A program made the position numbers and the translations under genes. From an uncultured Acidobacteriota bacterium (GTDB taxonomy: Bacteria; Acidobacteriota; Thermoanaerobaculia; Multivoradales; UBA5704), in NCBI GenBank assembly GCA_963770895.1, contig CAVYRF010000002.1:544001-608000 (forward strand): a stretch of DNA of 64,000 nucleotides. The letters are read 5' to 3'. This document shows, piece by piece, positions 20,969 to 32,077 of this stretch (its first letter is position 1; every line of letters begins with the position of its first letter). Below the pieces are notes generated by a model. It was not told the origin of the DNA. It made no database searches and was given only the letters and a program-made list of their open reading frames with translations.

Positions 20969-21034
20969 AGGACGGTGGCGGCCCCGGCGTCACCAGTCGA
21001 CAGGACGGTGGCGGCCCCGGCGTCACCAGTCGAC
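20969..21034. repeat. Perfect 33-bp tandem duplication covering the helicase stop codon
   Basis: AGGACGGTGGCGGCCCCGGCGTCACCAGTCGAC x2. Confidence 0.9.
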
Positions 21035-24000
21035 GGCGACGCGCAGCCGCACGTCGCGGCGCGGGTCGTGGTACACCACGCAACCTTCGCGACGGCCGTG
21101 AAGGTACAGGTCGCGCAGAATCTCGACGTCGTGCCGGCAGTACTCCTCCACCAGGTCGATGCGACCCTGCCGCACCCATTCCAGCGACTGCAGGCCGTCG
21201 GCCGACTTGGTGCTGCCCAGCGTCGCCATCGCCAGCCGCCCCATCCCCAGGCGGAACCCCAACCGGTGGTGAACCTCCTCCAGCAGGTCCAGCGTCGGCA
21301 GCGTCCGGCAATAATCCTCGCCGGTATAGCCGGCCAGCACGCCGTAGTCGAACCGTTTGATGTTGTAGCCGATCACCAGCGTCGCCCGATGCAGCGCCGC
21401 CGCCAATTCGTGGACCCGCCGCTCGTCAAAGCTCACAAACCGGCCTTCCTCCAGAAAGCAGGCGACCGCCACCGCCACCCCCATCCGGTGGCAATTGCCA
21501 AAGCCCCCCACCTCCGCCGCCGACCGCAACGTCTCCACGTCAAACAACAACGTATTCGGCCGCTCCTTGTGCCGCCGCGCCTGCTCGCGACTCAGTCCCC
21601 GCGCCGGCGCCGCCGCCTCTTCACCCGCTTCCATCCGAGGCATCCGCGCCCGCCGCCGCCACGTCTCCTCCTCCCCCACCCGGACCGCCAGGGCGGCACC
21701 CGCCTCCAGGGGACCTGCGCCCAAGGGACCTGCACCCAAGGGGCCTGCGCCCAGGGGACCTGCGCCCAAGGGACCTGCACCCAAGGGGCCCGCCCCGGCG
21801 CCCGCGCCATCAGAAGCGGCCAGGCGGCCAAAGGGGGCGACGCCAGCCGGCGGCAAAGCCCAATCCGCCCAGGCGTCATCCAAGGTGCAGCCCTCCGGCG
21901 CCAGGACAGTGCCAGGATCGCCGCTCGCCAGACCGGCCTGGAGGCCCGCCCCCGCCGGGGAAGTCAGGGGAGCGATGCTGGCGTCGCCGGCAGCGCTCGC
22001 GTCCGGTGACCAGAAGGCACCAAAGCCATCTGCACCGGGATCGGCGCCGGAAGCTGGTGTGGCCGGGTAGAAGGTCGCCAGGGCGGAGGACGCGGAGGGC
22101 AATGCGACCGGCGTAGAGGCTCGCCCATCGACGGCAACGGGTGGACCAGCCGGGATGGAGGCTTGAGAAGCAAAGTCAGTGGCGGTCGGAGCTGCTGGGG
22201 TGTACGTTGGCGCTGCGAAGGCGCCGGATGGGGTGGCCGGGAGGGAAGTCGCAGGGCCGAAGACAACCTCGGATGGGGCGGCTGAGATACAAGCTGCCAG
22301 GGCCAGGGCATCGACCGGTGGGGCGGCCGAGATGGAGATGGATGGGGCAAGGGCGGTGGGTGGGGTGGCTGGTATGGAGGTGGGTGGGGCGAAGGCGGCG
22401 GCGGGAAGAGGCGGGATGGGGGGCACGGCGGCGGCTTCGCGGCCGAGGAGGAGGCGGAGGATGCGGGCGGCGCCGGATTTGTGGAGGGGGCGATTGCCGT
22501 TGCCGCATTTGGGGGACTGGATACAGGAGGGACAGCCGGCCTCGCAGGGGCAGCCGTCGATCAGCTGCAGCACGCGGTCGAGCAGACCGGAAAGGTCTTC
22601 GAAGCCGCGTGCCGCGATGCCGATGCCGCCGGGGTGGCCGTCGTAGATGAAGACGGCGCCGCAGCCCACCTGGGGGTGGAGCGGATAGGAGATGCCGCCG
22701 ATATCGCCGCGATCGCAGAGCGCCAGCAGCGGGAACAGGGATATGGAGGCGTGCTCGGCGGCGTGCAGGGCGCCCAGAAAGTGCTCGCCGGCGCGCCGCA
22801 GGGTCTCTTCGAAGTGACGTGGCGCCTGCCACCACAGGCCCACGGTCTCGAACTCGACCGGCGGCAGATCGAGCGGCGTCTGGTCGATGGTTTCCTGGCC
22901 GTGGACGCGCTTGCGCTCGAAGCCCACGACCCACTCGGTCACCTTCAGCCGCCCCAGGCCGCACGCAAGGGCGCCGTCGTCGCTCTGCTGCAAGACTTCC
23001 AGGATTTCGGTCTGCTTTTCGGTCAGCGGCGTGGTGAAGTAGTCGAGATCCGCCGCCACCGCCCGCACCCGCCGCTCTTCGCGCTCCAGCTCCTTGACCA
23101 GGTACTGCCGCCCGGCGTGCAGGTACACCGCTCCCGGATGGCATTCATGCAGCGCCCGCACCCCGTCGACGGTGCCGATCAACCTGCCGCGATCGGCCCG
23201 CCCCCCCGCCGTCGCTGCCCTTGGCGGGCGCTGGCCGTGCGGGATGAGCGCTCAGAGCGGTCGGCGCGCCTGGAGCGGTCGGAACGGTTCGACCCTTCGT
23301 ACCCGTCAGAGCCGGAGGGGCCGCCTCCACCGGCCGCGCCATCGGAACCAGCAGCCAGCGCCGGGCGATCGATCCTGGCGCGCTCCGCGTCCGATTCGCC
23401 TGCGGACCCGGCGTCCTGACCGGCCCCGCCGTCACCATGCCCACCGGCGCGCTCGGCAAAGATGGCAAACGTGTTGCCGCTGCCACGCAACGCGACCATC
23501 CTTTGTGGCTGCCGCCGCAGGCAGTACAGCTCCCCGGCAAAGTCATCGCCAGCACCGTCTTCAGCGATGTCGACCGCTGCCCCTTCATGCTCCGGCTCCA
23601 GCGCTGCGTGCTCCAGATCTGGCCGCGCACTCTCCGGCTCCGGCGGCACACCCTTCAGCCCTGGCCTTGCGTGCTCTGAACCTGGCAGCGCACGCTCCGG
23701 CCCCAACTCTGCGTGCTCCAGATCTGGCCCTGCGCCCTCCGTCTCAAGGCGCGCGGGGTCTTGTTTTGGCCCGTCGGGCGTGGCGGCTGGTAGCGCAAGG
23801 TTTGCGTTGGGGTCTTCCGGCGGTGCGCTGGCTGGGTGGGGAGCGGGCGGCACGGCGGGCGCAGGGGAGGATGGGGCGCCGGCGGCCTGCAGGAGGTGGC
23901 CGGCGCGGAGCAGGTAGTCGATGCTGGCTTTGTGGCGCTCCAGATAGACGGCGTCGTGGCGGGGCGCCAGGGGGAGCTCGGCGGCGGCGCAGAGCAGGTG

Positions 24001-25358
24001 GGCGCGGGCGACGGGCTGGTTGGTGGGATCGACGACCAGGCGCTCGCAGGGGCGGTGCAGAAACTGGTCGGGATGGTCCAGGAAGTACTGATCGAGGGCG
24101 TCGGGCATTGCCACCAGGGCGGTGATCGACTCGCGGTCGGCGCGGCCGACGCGGCCGGAGCGCTGCCAGGTGGCCATCATGCTGCCGGGGTAGCCGACCA
24201 GGATGCAGGCGTCGAGGCCGCCGACGTCGATGCCCATTTCGAGCGCCGAGGTGGAGATCACACCGTCGAGGGTGCCGCTGAAGAGAGACTGCTCGATGAC
24301 GCGCCGTTCTTCGGCCAGAAAGCCGGCGCGGTAGCTGGCGACCCGCGCCGCCAGGCGGGGCTCCTGACGCCGCAGCCAGGAGTAGAGCAGCTCCGTGATG
24401 CGCCGCGCCTTGGTGAACATGATGGTCTTGAGGCCGGCGTCGAGGCAGCGGATGAAGAGCCGCAGGGCGGCGGTGTAAGGCGAGGCGTCGGGGCGCACCA
24501 ACAGCAGGTGCCGGCCTTCGCGCGGCGCGCCCGATTGGGCGATCCAATGAAATTGGCAGCCGGTCAGGTCGGTGGCAAATTGGGCGGCATTGGCGGCGGT
24601 GGCGGACGAGGCGATCACCACCGGCTGGCCGCCGACCGAACGGCAGAGGCGCAGCAGGCGCTGCAGCACGTGGTGGAAATGGCTGCCGAAGATGCCGCGA
24701 TAGGTGTGCAGCTCGTCGATCACGATCCAGCGCAGGTCGGCGAGCAGCGGCCCCCAGCTGGTCCAGTGCCCCAGCAGGCCCAGGTGCAGCATGTCGGGAT
24801 TGGTGATCAGGACCCGCGGCAGGCGCCGGCGGATGGCGGCGCGGCGCGCCGGCGGCGTGTCGCCGTCGTAGATTTCGCAGCCCGCCTGCGCGGGGTCGAA
24901 ACCGGCGTCCGCGACCAGCTTTTCCATCTTGCCGCGCTGGTCCTGGCCGAGCGCTTTGAGCGGAAACAGGAACAGGGCTCGCCCCTCCCCCCCGCTGCCG
25001 CCTCCAAGAGAGGAGGAATCTGAAAAACCAGCGACTTGCCCGAGGCGGTCGGGGTGGTGACCAGGACGTTTTCGCCCCGGCCGACGGCATCCAGGGCTTC
25101 CACCTGGTGGCTCCACAGGCGAGCCACGCCGCCGCGCTGCAACGCCCCCGCGAGCGCGGGCGGCAGCGGCGTCGCCAGCTCGCCGAAGCGCGCCGGCTGC
25201 GGCGGCAGGTAGGCCGCATGCACGACTTCGCCCCCCAGGCGGCTGTCCTGGCCCAGCTCCTCGGCCAGCGGCGCCAGCGAAGCCGTGCCGGTGGCAGCCA
25301 CAACGGCGGTCCCGGAAGCGGCGGCACCGGCATCGGCGCCCGACAAGTTACGGCCCAT
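21023..25358 (-). CDS. DEAD/DEAH-box helicase with DUF1998 (MrfA/Hrq1-like) fused to an RNase H-like exonuclease domain; split by two frameshifts
   Basis: TPTASGKS, FPLKALGQDQ, IDELH, SSAT, TSALEMGID, QRSGRVGR, CPCEAGCPSC, then FDVET..GYNIKRFDY..YCRHDV; frame breaks at G7 runs (minus strand) near 24990 and 23204. Confidence 0.88.
21707..21796. repeat. 15-bp tandem repeat, about 6 units, encoding (AGPLG)n in the helicase-nuclease linker
   Basis: Repeated ggacctgcgcccaag-like units. Confidence 0.85.
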
Positions 25359-25533
25359 TCACGCCATTCTAGAGGCCCACATCAGGATCAACAAGCCCGC
25401 GCGCGCCGCGCGGCCATCCGGACCGCGGGCTTCAACTTTGCAAGTTGGCTTGCGCGACCGCCGCGATAGGGGCGTAGCACGGCACCCCCTTTGGCAGAAC
25501 GCCGGCACGCGGCGGTCGTCGGCTTGGAGGGAC

Positions 25534-26193
25534 TCAGATTTGATCGAGCAGCTGCTTGCGCTTGGCGTCGAACTCGGCTTGCGAGATCAGCCCTTCGTCC
25601 AGGAGCTGCTTGAGCTGGCGGATCTTGTCGGCGCCCGACCCATGGCCGGCGACGCCCGCCGGCGCCGCCTGGGCGGCGGTCGTCGCCGGCAGGGCCGGCG
25701 CAGGGGCGCGGTTGACCGCGGCGACGTGGAAGGCGCTGGTGGCGGCGTCGATGGCGCGTTTGAAGGCGAGCGGGTGGCTGATCTGCGGGAAGAGCTCCGC
25801 GCCGGTTTCGCTGGCGGTGTCGATCTCCAGGTCGCCGTAGCCGAAGATGCGCCCCCAAAAGGTCTGCCGATGCTCGACGTTGTTGATCTTGTCGAGGTAG
25901 GAATCCATCGAGCTGTGGCTGAGCAACCCGCGCAGCCGCAGCAGCCGCCGGTCGGTGACCACGTAGACGCAGGAGACCAGGCGCATGTAGCGCACCAGGG
26001 CCAATCCGAGCGCCACGGCCAGCAGCACGCCGGCCGGCACCCACACCCACGTCTGGCCGGTCTGCTTCCAGGCGACCAGCCCGCCGGCCGCGGCCAGCAC
26101 CGCCACCGCCAGGGGGAGCACCAGCGGCATGCGGCTGGGATGGGCCTGGTACAGCACCTCTTCGCCCGGCTGCAGATGGGATGCAACGCTCAT
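25534..26193 (-). CDS. Membrane-anchored bacterial PH (bPH_2) domain protein with a C-terminal SHOCT domain
   Basis: LQPGEEVLY, two TMs, YVVTDRRL, GRIFGYGDLEI, IRQLKQLLDEGLISQAEFDAKRKQLL. Confidence 0.88.
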   Translation of the reverse strand: MSVASHLQPGEEVLYQAHPSRMPLVLPLAVAVLAAAGGLVAWKQTGQTWVWVPAGVLLAVALGLALVRYMRLVSCVYVVTDRRLLRLRGLLSHSSMDSYLDKINNVEHRQTFWGRIFGYGDLEIDTASETGAELFPQISHPLAFKRAIDAATSAFHVAAVNRAPAPALPATTAAQAAPAGVAGHGSGADKIRQLKQLLDEGLISQAEFDAKRKQLLDQI

Positions 26194-26247
26194 TGCCTCA
26201 TGCTAACACTGTCGCCAGCGCGGCGTTTACCGTAGAATTCGATCACC

Positions 26248-27753
26248 TTGAGCCCCTCCGCGACACGCTTGATCGTCGTTTCCAACCGCCTGCCCATCGT
26301 GCTTGAGAAGCGCGACGGCGGTTGGACGCTCAAGCCGGGCTCCGGCGGCCTGGTCAGCGCCCTGGCGCCGGTGCTGTCGCACCGCGGCGGTTTGTGGATC
26401 GGTTGGCCCGGTCTGGCGCTGGAGCGCGGCGGCGCCTGGCAGCAGCTCATGGCGGAGGGATTTCGCGAGCGCGGCTACGACCTGCTGCCGGTGCTGCTCG
26501 ACCAGGAAGAGGTCAAGGGCTTCTACGAAGGCTTTTCCAACGCCATCCTGTGGCCGCTGTTCCACGACCTGACCGGGCGCTGCGACTTTCAGCCGGCCTA
26601 CTGGTATTCCTACCTGGAGGTGAACCGCAAGTTCGCCGACGTGGTGGTGGACGAATGCCGCACCGACGGATTCGTCTGGGTGCAGGACTACCAGCTGATC
26701 CACGTCGCGGAATTCGTGCGCAAGCAGGCCATCGAAGGGCGGATCGGCTTTTTCCTCCACATCCCGTTCCCGCCGCCCGACATCTTCATGAAGCTGCCGT
26801 GGCGCGAGCAGATCCTCAACGCCTTTCTGGCCTACGATCTGCTGGGCTTCCAGACCCAGCGCGACCGCCGCAACTTCATCTCCTGCGTCGAAAACCTGCT
26901 GCGCCACGTGGAGGTCCGCCGGCCGCGCGGCGTCTCGCTGGTGGAGGTCCGCACCGGCGACCGTACGGTGCGCGTCGGCACCTTCCCCATCGGCATCGAC
27001 TACGCCGGGTACGCCGACACCGCGCGCACCGAAGAGGTGGAGACGCGCATCGAAGACCTGCGCCGGCGCATCGGCCCCTACGAGCTGGTGTTGGGAGTGG
27101 ACCGCCTGGACTACACCAAGGGGCTGCCCGAACGCCTGCAGGCGTTCCGCAACGCCCTGCAGCGCTTCCCCGAGCTGCGCGAACGCGCGGTGCTGATGCA
27201 GATCGTGGTGCCCAGCCGCGAAGCGGTGGCGCAATACCAGGCGCTCAAGGCCGAGATCGAACAGATGATCGGCGAGATCAACGGCGAATTTTCGACCGCC
27301 GGCTGGGTGCCGGTGCACTACCACTACCGCAGCCTGCCGCGGCGCGACCTGATCGCGCTCTACCGCATGGCGCGCGCCGGCTTCGTGACCTCGCTCAAGG
27401 ACGGCATGAACCTGGTCGCCAAGGAGTTTTGCGCCTGCCAGGTGGAATCGCGCGGCGCCCTGGTGCTGTCCGAATTCGCCGGCGCCGCCGCCCAGCTCGA
27501 AGAGGGCGCGCTGCTGGTCAACCCGCACGACATCGAAGGCATGGCCGACGCCCTCAAGGCCGCCTTCGAAATGTCACCCGAGGAGCGCAAGCGCCGCATG
27601 CACAGCATGCAGGAGGTGCTGCAGCGGGAAGACATCTTCTGGTGGGTGGACTGCTACCTGAAGGCCGCCCTGGGCGCCGTGCCCGGCGATTTCCGCACCC
27701 CCAAAGAGTTCCTGCCGCCGCTCGACGCCGACAAGAGCTGGGTCGGCGCCTGA
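26248..27753 (+). CDS. otsA: Trehalose-6-phosphate synthase
   Basis: VVSNRLP, GGLVSAL, LWPLFH, WVQDYQL, FFLHIPFP, GVDRLDYTKG, DGMNLVAKE. Confidence 0.96.
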   Translation: MSPSATRLIVVSNRLPIVLEKRDGGWTLKPGSGGLVSALAPVLSHRGGLWIGWPGLALERGGAWQQLMAEGFRERGYDLLPVLLDQEEVKGFYEGFSNAILWPLFHDLTGRCDFQPAYWYSYLEVNRKFADVVVDECRTDGFVWVQDYQLIHVAEFVRKQAIEGRIGFFLHIPFPPPDIFMKLPWREQILNAFLAYDLLGFQTQRDRRNFISCVENLLRHVEVRRPRGVSLVEVRTGDRTVRVGTFPIGIDYAGYADTARTEEVETRIEDLRRRIGPYELVLGVDRLDYTKGLPERLQAFRNALQRFPELRERAVLMQIVVPSREAVAQYQALKAEIEQMIGEINGEFSTAGWVPVHYHYRSLPRRDLIALYRMARAGFVTSLKDGMNLVAKEFCACQVESRGALVLSEFAGAAAQLEEGALLVNPHDIEGMADALKAAFEMSPEERKRRMHSMQEVLQREDIFWWVDCYLKAALGAVPGDFRTPKEFLPPLDADKSWVGA

Positions 27754-27769
27754 CCTGACAAGCCCCCCG

Positions 27770-28600
27770 GTGACGGCGACCGACCTGCCCCTGGCGCTCG
27801 ACCACTGGCGCGAGCTGGCCGACCGTCTGGCCGGCCGCCGCCGGGCGCTCTTCCTGGACTACGACGGCACGCTCTCGCCGATCGCCGCGCGGCCCGAGCT
27901 CGCCACCCTGCCGCCGGCGGCGCGCGACGTCCTGCGCAGCCTGGCGGCGCGCGCCCCGCTCGCCGTGTTGTCGGGACGCGGCCGCGCCGACGTGGCGGCG
28001 CTGGTGGACCTCCCCGCCATCACCTATGCCGGCAGCCACGGCTTCGACATCGCCGGGCCGCCTCCGGCTGCCGGCCAGCCGCCGTTGCGCCACGAGGTCG
28101 GCCCCGACCTGCCGGCCCGCATGGAGCGCATCGCGGCAACCCTGCGCGACCAGCTGGCCGGCATCTCCGGCGTGCTGGTCGAATGCAAGCGCTTTTCGGT
28201 GGCGGTCCACTACCGCCTGGTGAACGACCGCGACGTGCCGCGCCTGGAAGCCACCGTGGACGGCGCCGTCGCCTGCGCCGGCGACGACGGCGACGGCGAC
28301 GGCACCGCCCGGCTGCGCAAGGCCGCGGGCAAGAAAGTTTTCGAGATCCGCCCGGACACCGCCTGGGACAAGGGCAAGGCGCTGCTCTGGCTGCTGGCGC
28401 GCTGGGGGCTCGACCGGCCGGACGTGGTGCCGATCTACATCGGCGACGACGTGACCGACGAGGACGCCTTCGCCGCCCTGGCCGGCCGCGGCATTGGCAT
28501 CCTGGTTGCAGAAACGCCGCGGCCAACCGCGGCGTCGTACCGCCTGCGCGATCCCGCCGAAACTCTGGAGCTGCTCCGCCGCCTGGACGCCCTGGGGTAG
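27770..28600 (+). CDS. otsB: Trehalose-6-phosphate phosphatase
   Basis: FLDYDGTLSPI, YAGSHG, WDKGKAL, IGDDVTDEDAF. Confidence 0.95.
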   Translation: MTATDLPLALDHWRELADRLAGRRRALFLDYDGTLSPIAARPELATLPPAARDVLRSLAARAPLAVLSGRGRADVAALVDLPAITYAGSHGFDIAGPPPAAGQPPLRHEVGPDLPARMERIAATLRDQLAGISGVLVECKRFSVAVHYRLVNDRDVPRLEATVDGAVACAGDDGDGDGTARLRKAAGKKVFEIRPDTAWDKGKALLWLLARWGLDRPDVVPIYIGDDVTDEDAFAALAGRGIGILVAETPRPTAASYRLRDPAETLELLRRLDALG

Positions 28601-28653
28601 GATCCCGTTCAAACCCGCTGGTGCCGCGACGCGTGGAAGGACAGGAGGAAAGC

Positions 28654-29586
28654 TTGTCGGAATTGGTGGAAAACCAGGTCCAGTCCGAGATTGCCGCGGC
28701 CGCCGCCGCAGCCGTAGCCGTCCAGACGGTGGAACCGCCGCCGCAGCAGCAACAGCTGCCGCAGCCGCCGCCGCCGGAGCCGGTTGCCGAGGACCTGCCC
28801 GAGACGGTCGATTGGCAGCCGGGGCAGCTGCACGTCCTGGGACCGATCGCGGTGCCGGGTCTGGCGCCGCGCCGGGTGCGCATCTACCTGCCTGCCTCCT
28901 TCACTCCCCAGGCGCAGCGCTTCGCGCTCTACATGTTCGACGGCCAGAACGACTTTGACGACGGTCCGTCGTTTTCGGGCGGCTGGCACCTGGACAAGGC
29001 GATCGAAAAGCTGGATTGCGCCAGCCGCCTGGCGCCGATCACCATCGCCGTCGACCACGGCGGCAGCGAGCGGCTGCGCGAGCTGTCGCCCTTCCCCGTC
29101 GGCGACCGCGACGACGACCCCGAGCATTCAGGACAGCTCGACCTGCTGCTCGACTGGATGACCGGCCACCTCATGCCGCGCCTGGGCGCCATGCTGCCGC
29201 TGGTCGGCAGCCCGCTGGGCGCGGTCGTCGGCGGCTCTTCGCTGGGCGGCCTGGCCGCCATGTACGCCCACTTCCGCCATCACGAAGCTTTTGGCGGCGC
29301 GCTGGTGATGTCGCCTTCGTTCTGGCTGCACGACGCGGAGATCCTGCGCTGGATCGCCCAGCAGCCCAACCCCGAGGTGTCCCGCATCTATCTGGACTGC
29401 GGCGTGCGCGAAGGCCGCGGCCAGGTGCTGCCGCAGGTCGCGGCGATGGCCGCCCACCTTGCCACGCGCGGCTACAACGCCAATCACCTGATGTTTCGCG
29501 CCGATCCGCGCGGCACCCACTCCGAAGCCAGCTGGCGCCGGCGCCTGCCGCGCGCCCTGCGCTTCTTCTACCGCACCCGGCGCTAG
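28654..29586 (+). CDS. Alpha/beta-hydrolase (putative esterase family)
   Basis: AGGAGG RBS and TTG start; RRVRIYLP, YMFDGQN, GGSSLGG, SPSFW, IYLDCG, HSEASW. Confidence 0.88.
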   Translation: MSELVENQVQSEIAAAAAAAVAVQTVEPPPQQQQLPQPPPPEPVAEDLPETVDWQPGQLHVLGPIAVPGLAPRRVRIYLPASFTPQAQRFALYMFDGQNDFDDGPSFSGGWHLDKAIEKLDCASRLAPITIAVDHGGSERLRELSPFPVGDRDDDPEHSGQLDLLLDWMTGHLMPRLGAMLPLVGSPLGAVVGGSSLGGLAAMYAHFRHHEAFGGALVMSPSFWLHDAEILRWIAQQPNPEVSRIYLDCGVREGRGQVLPQVAAMAAHLATRGYNANHLMFRADPRGTHSEASWRRRLPRALRFFYRTRR

Positions 29587-29603
29587 CGCCTGGCGCCGGC
29601 GCC

Positions 29604-30803
29604 CTACGTCCGGGGCTGGTGGAGGCCGACGCTGGCGCCCACCCAGGTGCGGTCCTTGTTGAAATCGACACCGACCATCTTGCCCTTGGTCATGCGCACC
29701 AGGTTGTTGATCAGCAGCGGCCGGTCGCGCCACAGAAACATCATGCGGATCTCGACCTTGGCCGGGTCGTCGGGCGTTGCGACGACCGGGGCGTACTCGA
29801 TGCGGCGCTGCAGGATGTAGTCCTGCGGGCGGTCGATGGCGCGCAGCCGTTCGGCGGTCGGACCGATTTCGACGCCCAGCCCGGCAAACGAAAACAGCGG
29901 CTTGAGCACGTAATTGTCCAGGTCGTCCGGCAGCTCCTTGAGGTCGGCCAGGAAGTGGGCCGGCGGCGCATAGCGGCTGTGCAGGAACGGCAGCGTGAAC
30001 TTGCTCAGCTTCCAGAACCAGTTGGGATGCCCCACCCAGTGGACGTCCACGTCGTCGCGAAACAGCGCCGGCACCGGCAGGCGGCGGCGCGCCAGCTCGT
30101 CGAAGATCACCCGGTTGTAGATCCGCCGGATGGGCACCTCGCCGCCGCCCTGGCCCTGCGCGCGGCGGTAGAAGGCGCGCCCGCCGCGCACCACGACGTC
30201 GGCCAGGCCGACGGTGGGCACTCCCAGCAGCCTTTCGGTCATCGCGAAGTCGACCCGCGTCTTCTGCTGCTGCGGTTCGATCTCCAGCAGGATGACGCTC
30301 CGCGGGTCCTGGTCGCCGACGATCTCGTCGCGCAGCTGGCGCACGTAGGAGTCGTCGTCCAGGCCGGAAAAATACGGCGTCATCCCGGCGGGGATGGCGG
30401 CGAAGTGGCGCCGGTAGCCGCGCGCCAGCAGCCACTGAAAGCCGTACAGCGAGGGGAACCCCTGCAGCTCGATCAGCTGCGGCACCACGCCGCCGTCGGC
30501 GCCCACGGCCAGGGCCAGGTCCACCTGCACGAAAACCGGGTGGCCGTCATCGCCCGGCACCCGGTACTCCGGCGGCACGGCGCCCGCCGCCGCCCGCAGG
30601 TAGTCAGGGGTGCGCGTCACCTCCAGCAGCTCGTAAGCGGCGCTCTCCAGCTCGGCGACCAGCGCCGGCGGCAGAAACACCGGCGTCTCGCAGATGCGAA
30701 AGGCGATGGAGAACCCGGTCTCTTCGTCCAGCCACTCCTGCAGCTCCTGGTAGCGCTCGGCGGTGAAGGACGCGTTATAGGCCCGGCGCAGTTCGGGAAT
30801 CAT
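29604..30803 (-). CDS. Circularly permuted ATP-grasp-like hypothetical protein
   Basis: FRICETPVF, PQLIELQGFPSLY, IYNRVIFDEL, YVLKPLFSFAG, YILQRRIEY. Confidence 0.75.
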   Translation of the reverse strand: MIPELRRAYNASFTAERYQELQEWLDEETGFSIAFRICETPVFLPPALVAELESAAYELLEVTRTPDYLRAAAGAVPPEYRVPGDDGHPVFVQVDLALAVGADGGVVPQLIELQGFPSLYGFQWLLARGYRRHFAAIPAGMTPYFSGLDDDSYVRQLRDEIVGDQDPRSVILLEIEPQQQKTRVDFAMTERLLGVPTVGLADVVVRGGRAFYRRAQGQGGGEVPIRRIYNRVIFDELARRRLPVPALFRDDVDVHWVGHPNWFWKLSKFTLPFLHSRYAPPAHFLADLKELPDDLDNYVLKPLFSFAGLGVEIGPTAERLRAIDRPQDYILQRRIEYAPVVATPDDPAKVEIRMMFLWRDRPLLINNLVRMTKGKMVGVDFNKDRTWVGASVGLHQPRT

Positions 30804-30903
30804 GATCGATCAGAGGTCTCCGGCCGGAGCTCACACCCGGCGCCAGGGGGGACAGCCGCGGCCGGGACGGCACGGCCGCCGGACCCGGCGCGGCCGGCGG
30901 CGG

Positions 30904-32025
30904 TCAATCCAGGCCGGCATGCGTCTCCGCGACGATGAAATCGACCACCCGCAGGTAGTCGTGGCCCGATTGGTCCCACACCGCCAGCTGCCGGTCGGCG
31001 CCGGTGCCGTGGTTGAGAATGTCGTGGATGTAGGAGATCTCCTGCCGGCTCCCCAGCTGGTCCACCACGTCGTCGACGAACGCCAGCAGCTCGTGGATCA
31101 GGTCGACGCACGGCACCTCGGCCTGCTTGCCGAAATCGATCAGCTTGCCCGAGATCCCGTAGCGCGCTGCCCGCCACTTGTTTTCCGACAGCAGCAGCCG
31201 GCGGTAGAGGCGGAAACCCAGGTTGCTGCGGATCAGCTTGTGCAGCTTGACGGTGACCGCCTGGATGAGGGCGGCGATCGCAATCGTCTCATCGACGCGC
31301 ATCGGCACGTCGCAGATGCGGAATTCGAGCGTGTCGAAAAACGGGTGCATGCGGATGTCCCACCAGATCTTCTTGGCGTTGTCGACGCAGCGCGTCTTGA
31401 TCAGCAGCTTGATGTAGTCGTCGTACTCCGACAGGCTGCCGAAGTAATCCGGGATGCCGGTGCGCGGAAAGCGATCGAAGATCTTGCTGCGATAGGACTT
31501 GAGGCCGGTGTTGCGGGCCTGCCAGAAGGGCGAGTTGGTGGACAGGGCGAAGATGTGCGGCAGGAAGTAGCGGGCGGCGTTCATGATGTGGATCGCGACC
31601 TCGCGGTCGGCGATCCCGACGTGGACGTGCAGCCCGAAGATCAGGTTGGCGCGCGCCAGCTGCTGCATGTCCTCGACGATCTCTTCGTAGCGCGGGTGCG
31701 CGGTGATCGCCTGGTCCTTCCAATGGGCGAACGGGTGGGTGCCGGACGCGGCGATGGTCAGGCCGTTGCGCCGTGCCAGCGCCGCCAGGTCGCGGCGCAG
31801 CGCCAGCACTTCGCGGCGCGCCTCGCCGATGTCGGCGCAGATCTTGGTGCCCACTTCGATGACCGACTGGTGCAGCTCGGGCTTGAGCTGGTCGCGCAGC
31901 ATCGGCCCGGTCTCGCCGTCGGCCAGCAGGTGCTGGATATGGGAGCGCAGGTCGCGCGTCTCGGGATCGATCAGCTGGAACTCTTCTTCGATACCGAGAG
32001 TGAACTGCTCGTTTTCCTGAGACAT
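30904..32025 (-). CDS. ybdK: Carboxylate-amine ligase (glutamate-cysteine ligase family 2, YbdK-like)
   Basis: FTLGIEEEFQ, GTHPF, IFGLHVHVG, WWDIR..TLEFRICD, ENKWRAARYG. Confidence 0.92.
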   Translation of the reverse strand: MSQENEQFTLGIEEEFQLIDPETRDLRSHIQHLLADGETGPMLRDQLKPELHQSVIEVGTKICADIGEARREVLALRRDLAALARRNGLTIAASGTHPFAHWKDQAITAHPRYEEIVEDMQQLARANLIFGLHVHVGIADREVAIHIMNAARYFLPHIFALSTNSPFWQARNTGLKSYRSKIFDRFPRTGIPDYFGSLSEYDDYIKLLIKTRCVDNAKKIWWDIRMHPFFDTLEFRICDVPMRVDETIAIAALIQAVTVKLHKLIRSNLGFRLYRRLLLSENKWRAARYGISGKLIDFGKQAEVPCVDLIHELLAFVDDVVDQLGSRQEISYIHDILNHGTGADRQLAVWDQSGHDYLRVVDFIVAETHAGLD

Positions 32026-32077
32026 GCCCCCCTCCTCGTCGAACGGTGCGGCGGCGCGGCACCGGCGCGATCTCCCG

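Noticed and set aside
20969-21796. Possible CRISPR array
   Set aside because: The repeats are directly tandem with no unique spacers, and there are no cas genes in the window
23200-23880. Inteins or introns in the helicase
   Set aside because: The inserts are low-complexity and lack intein C/S...HN termini or any endonuclease/RT motifs
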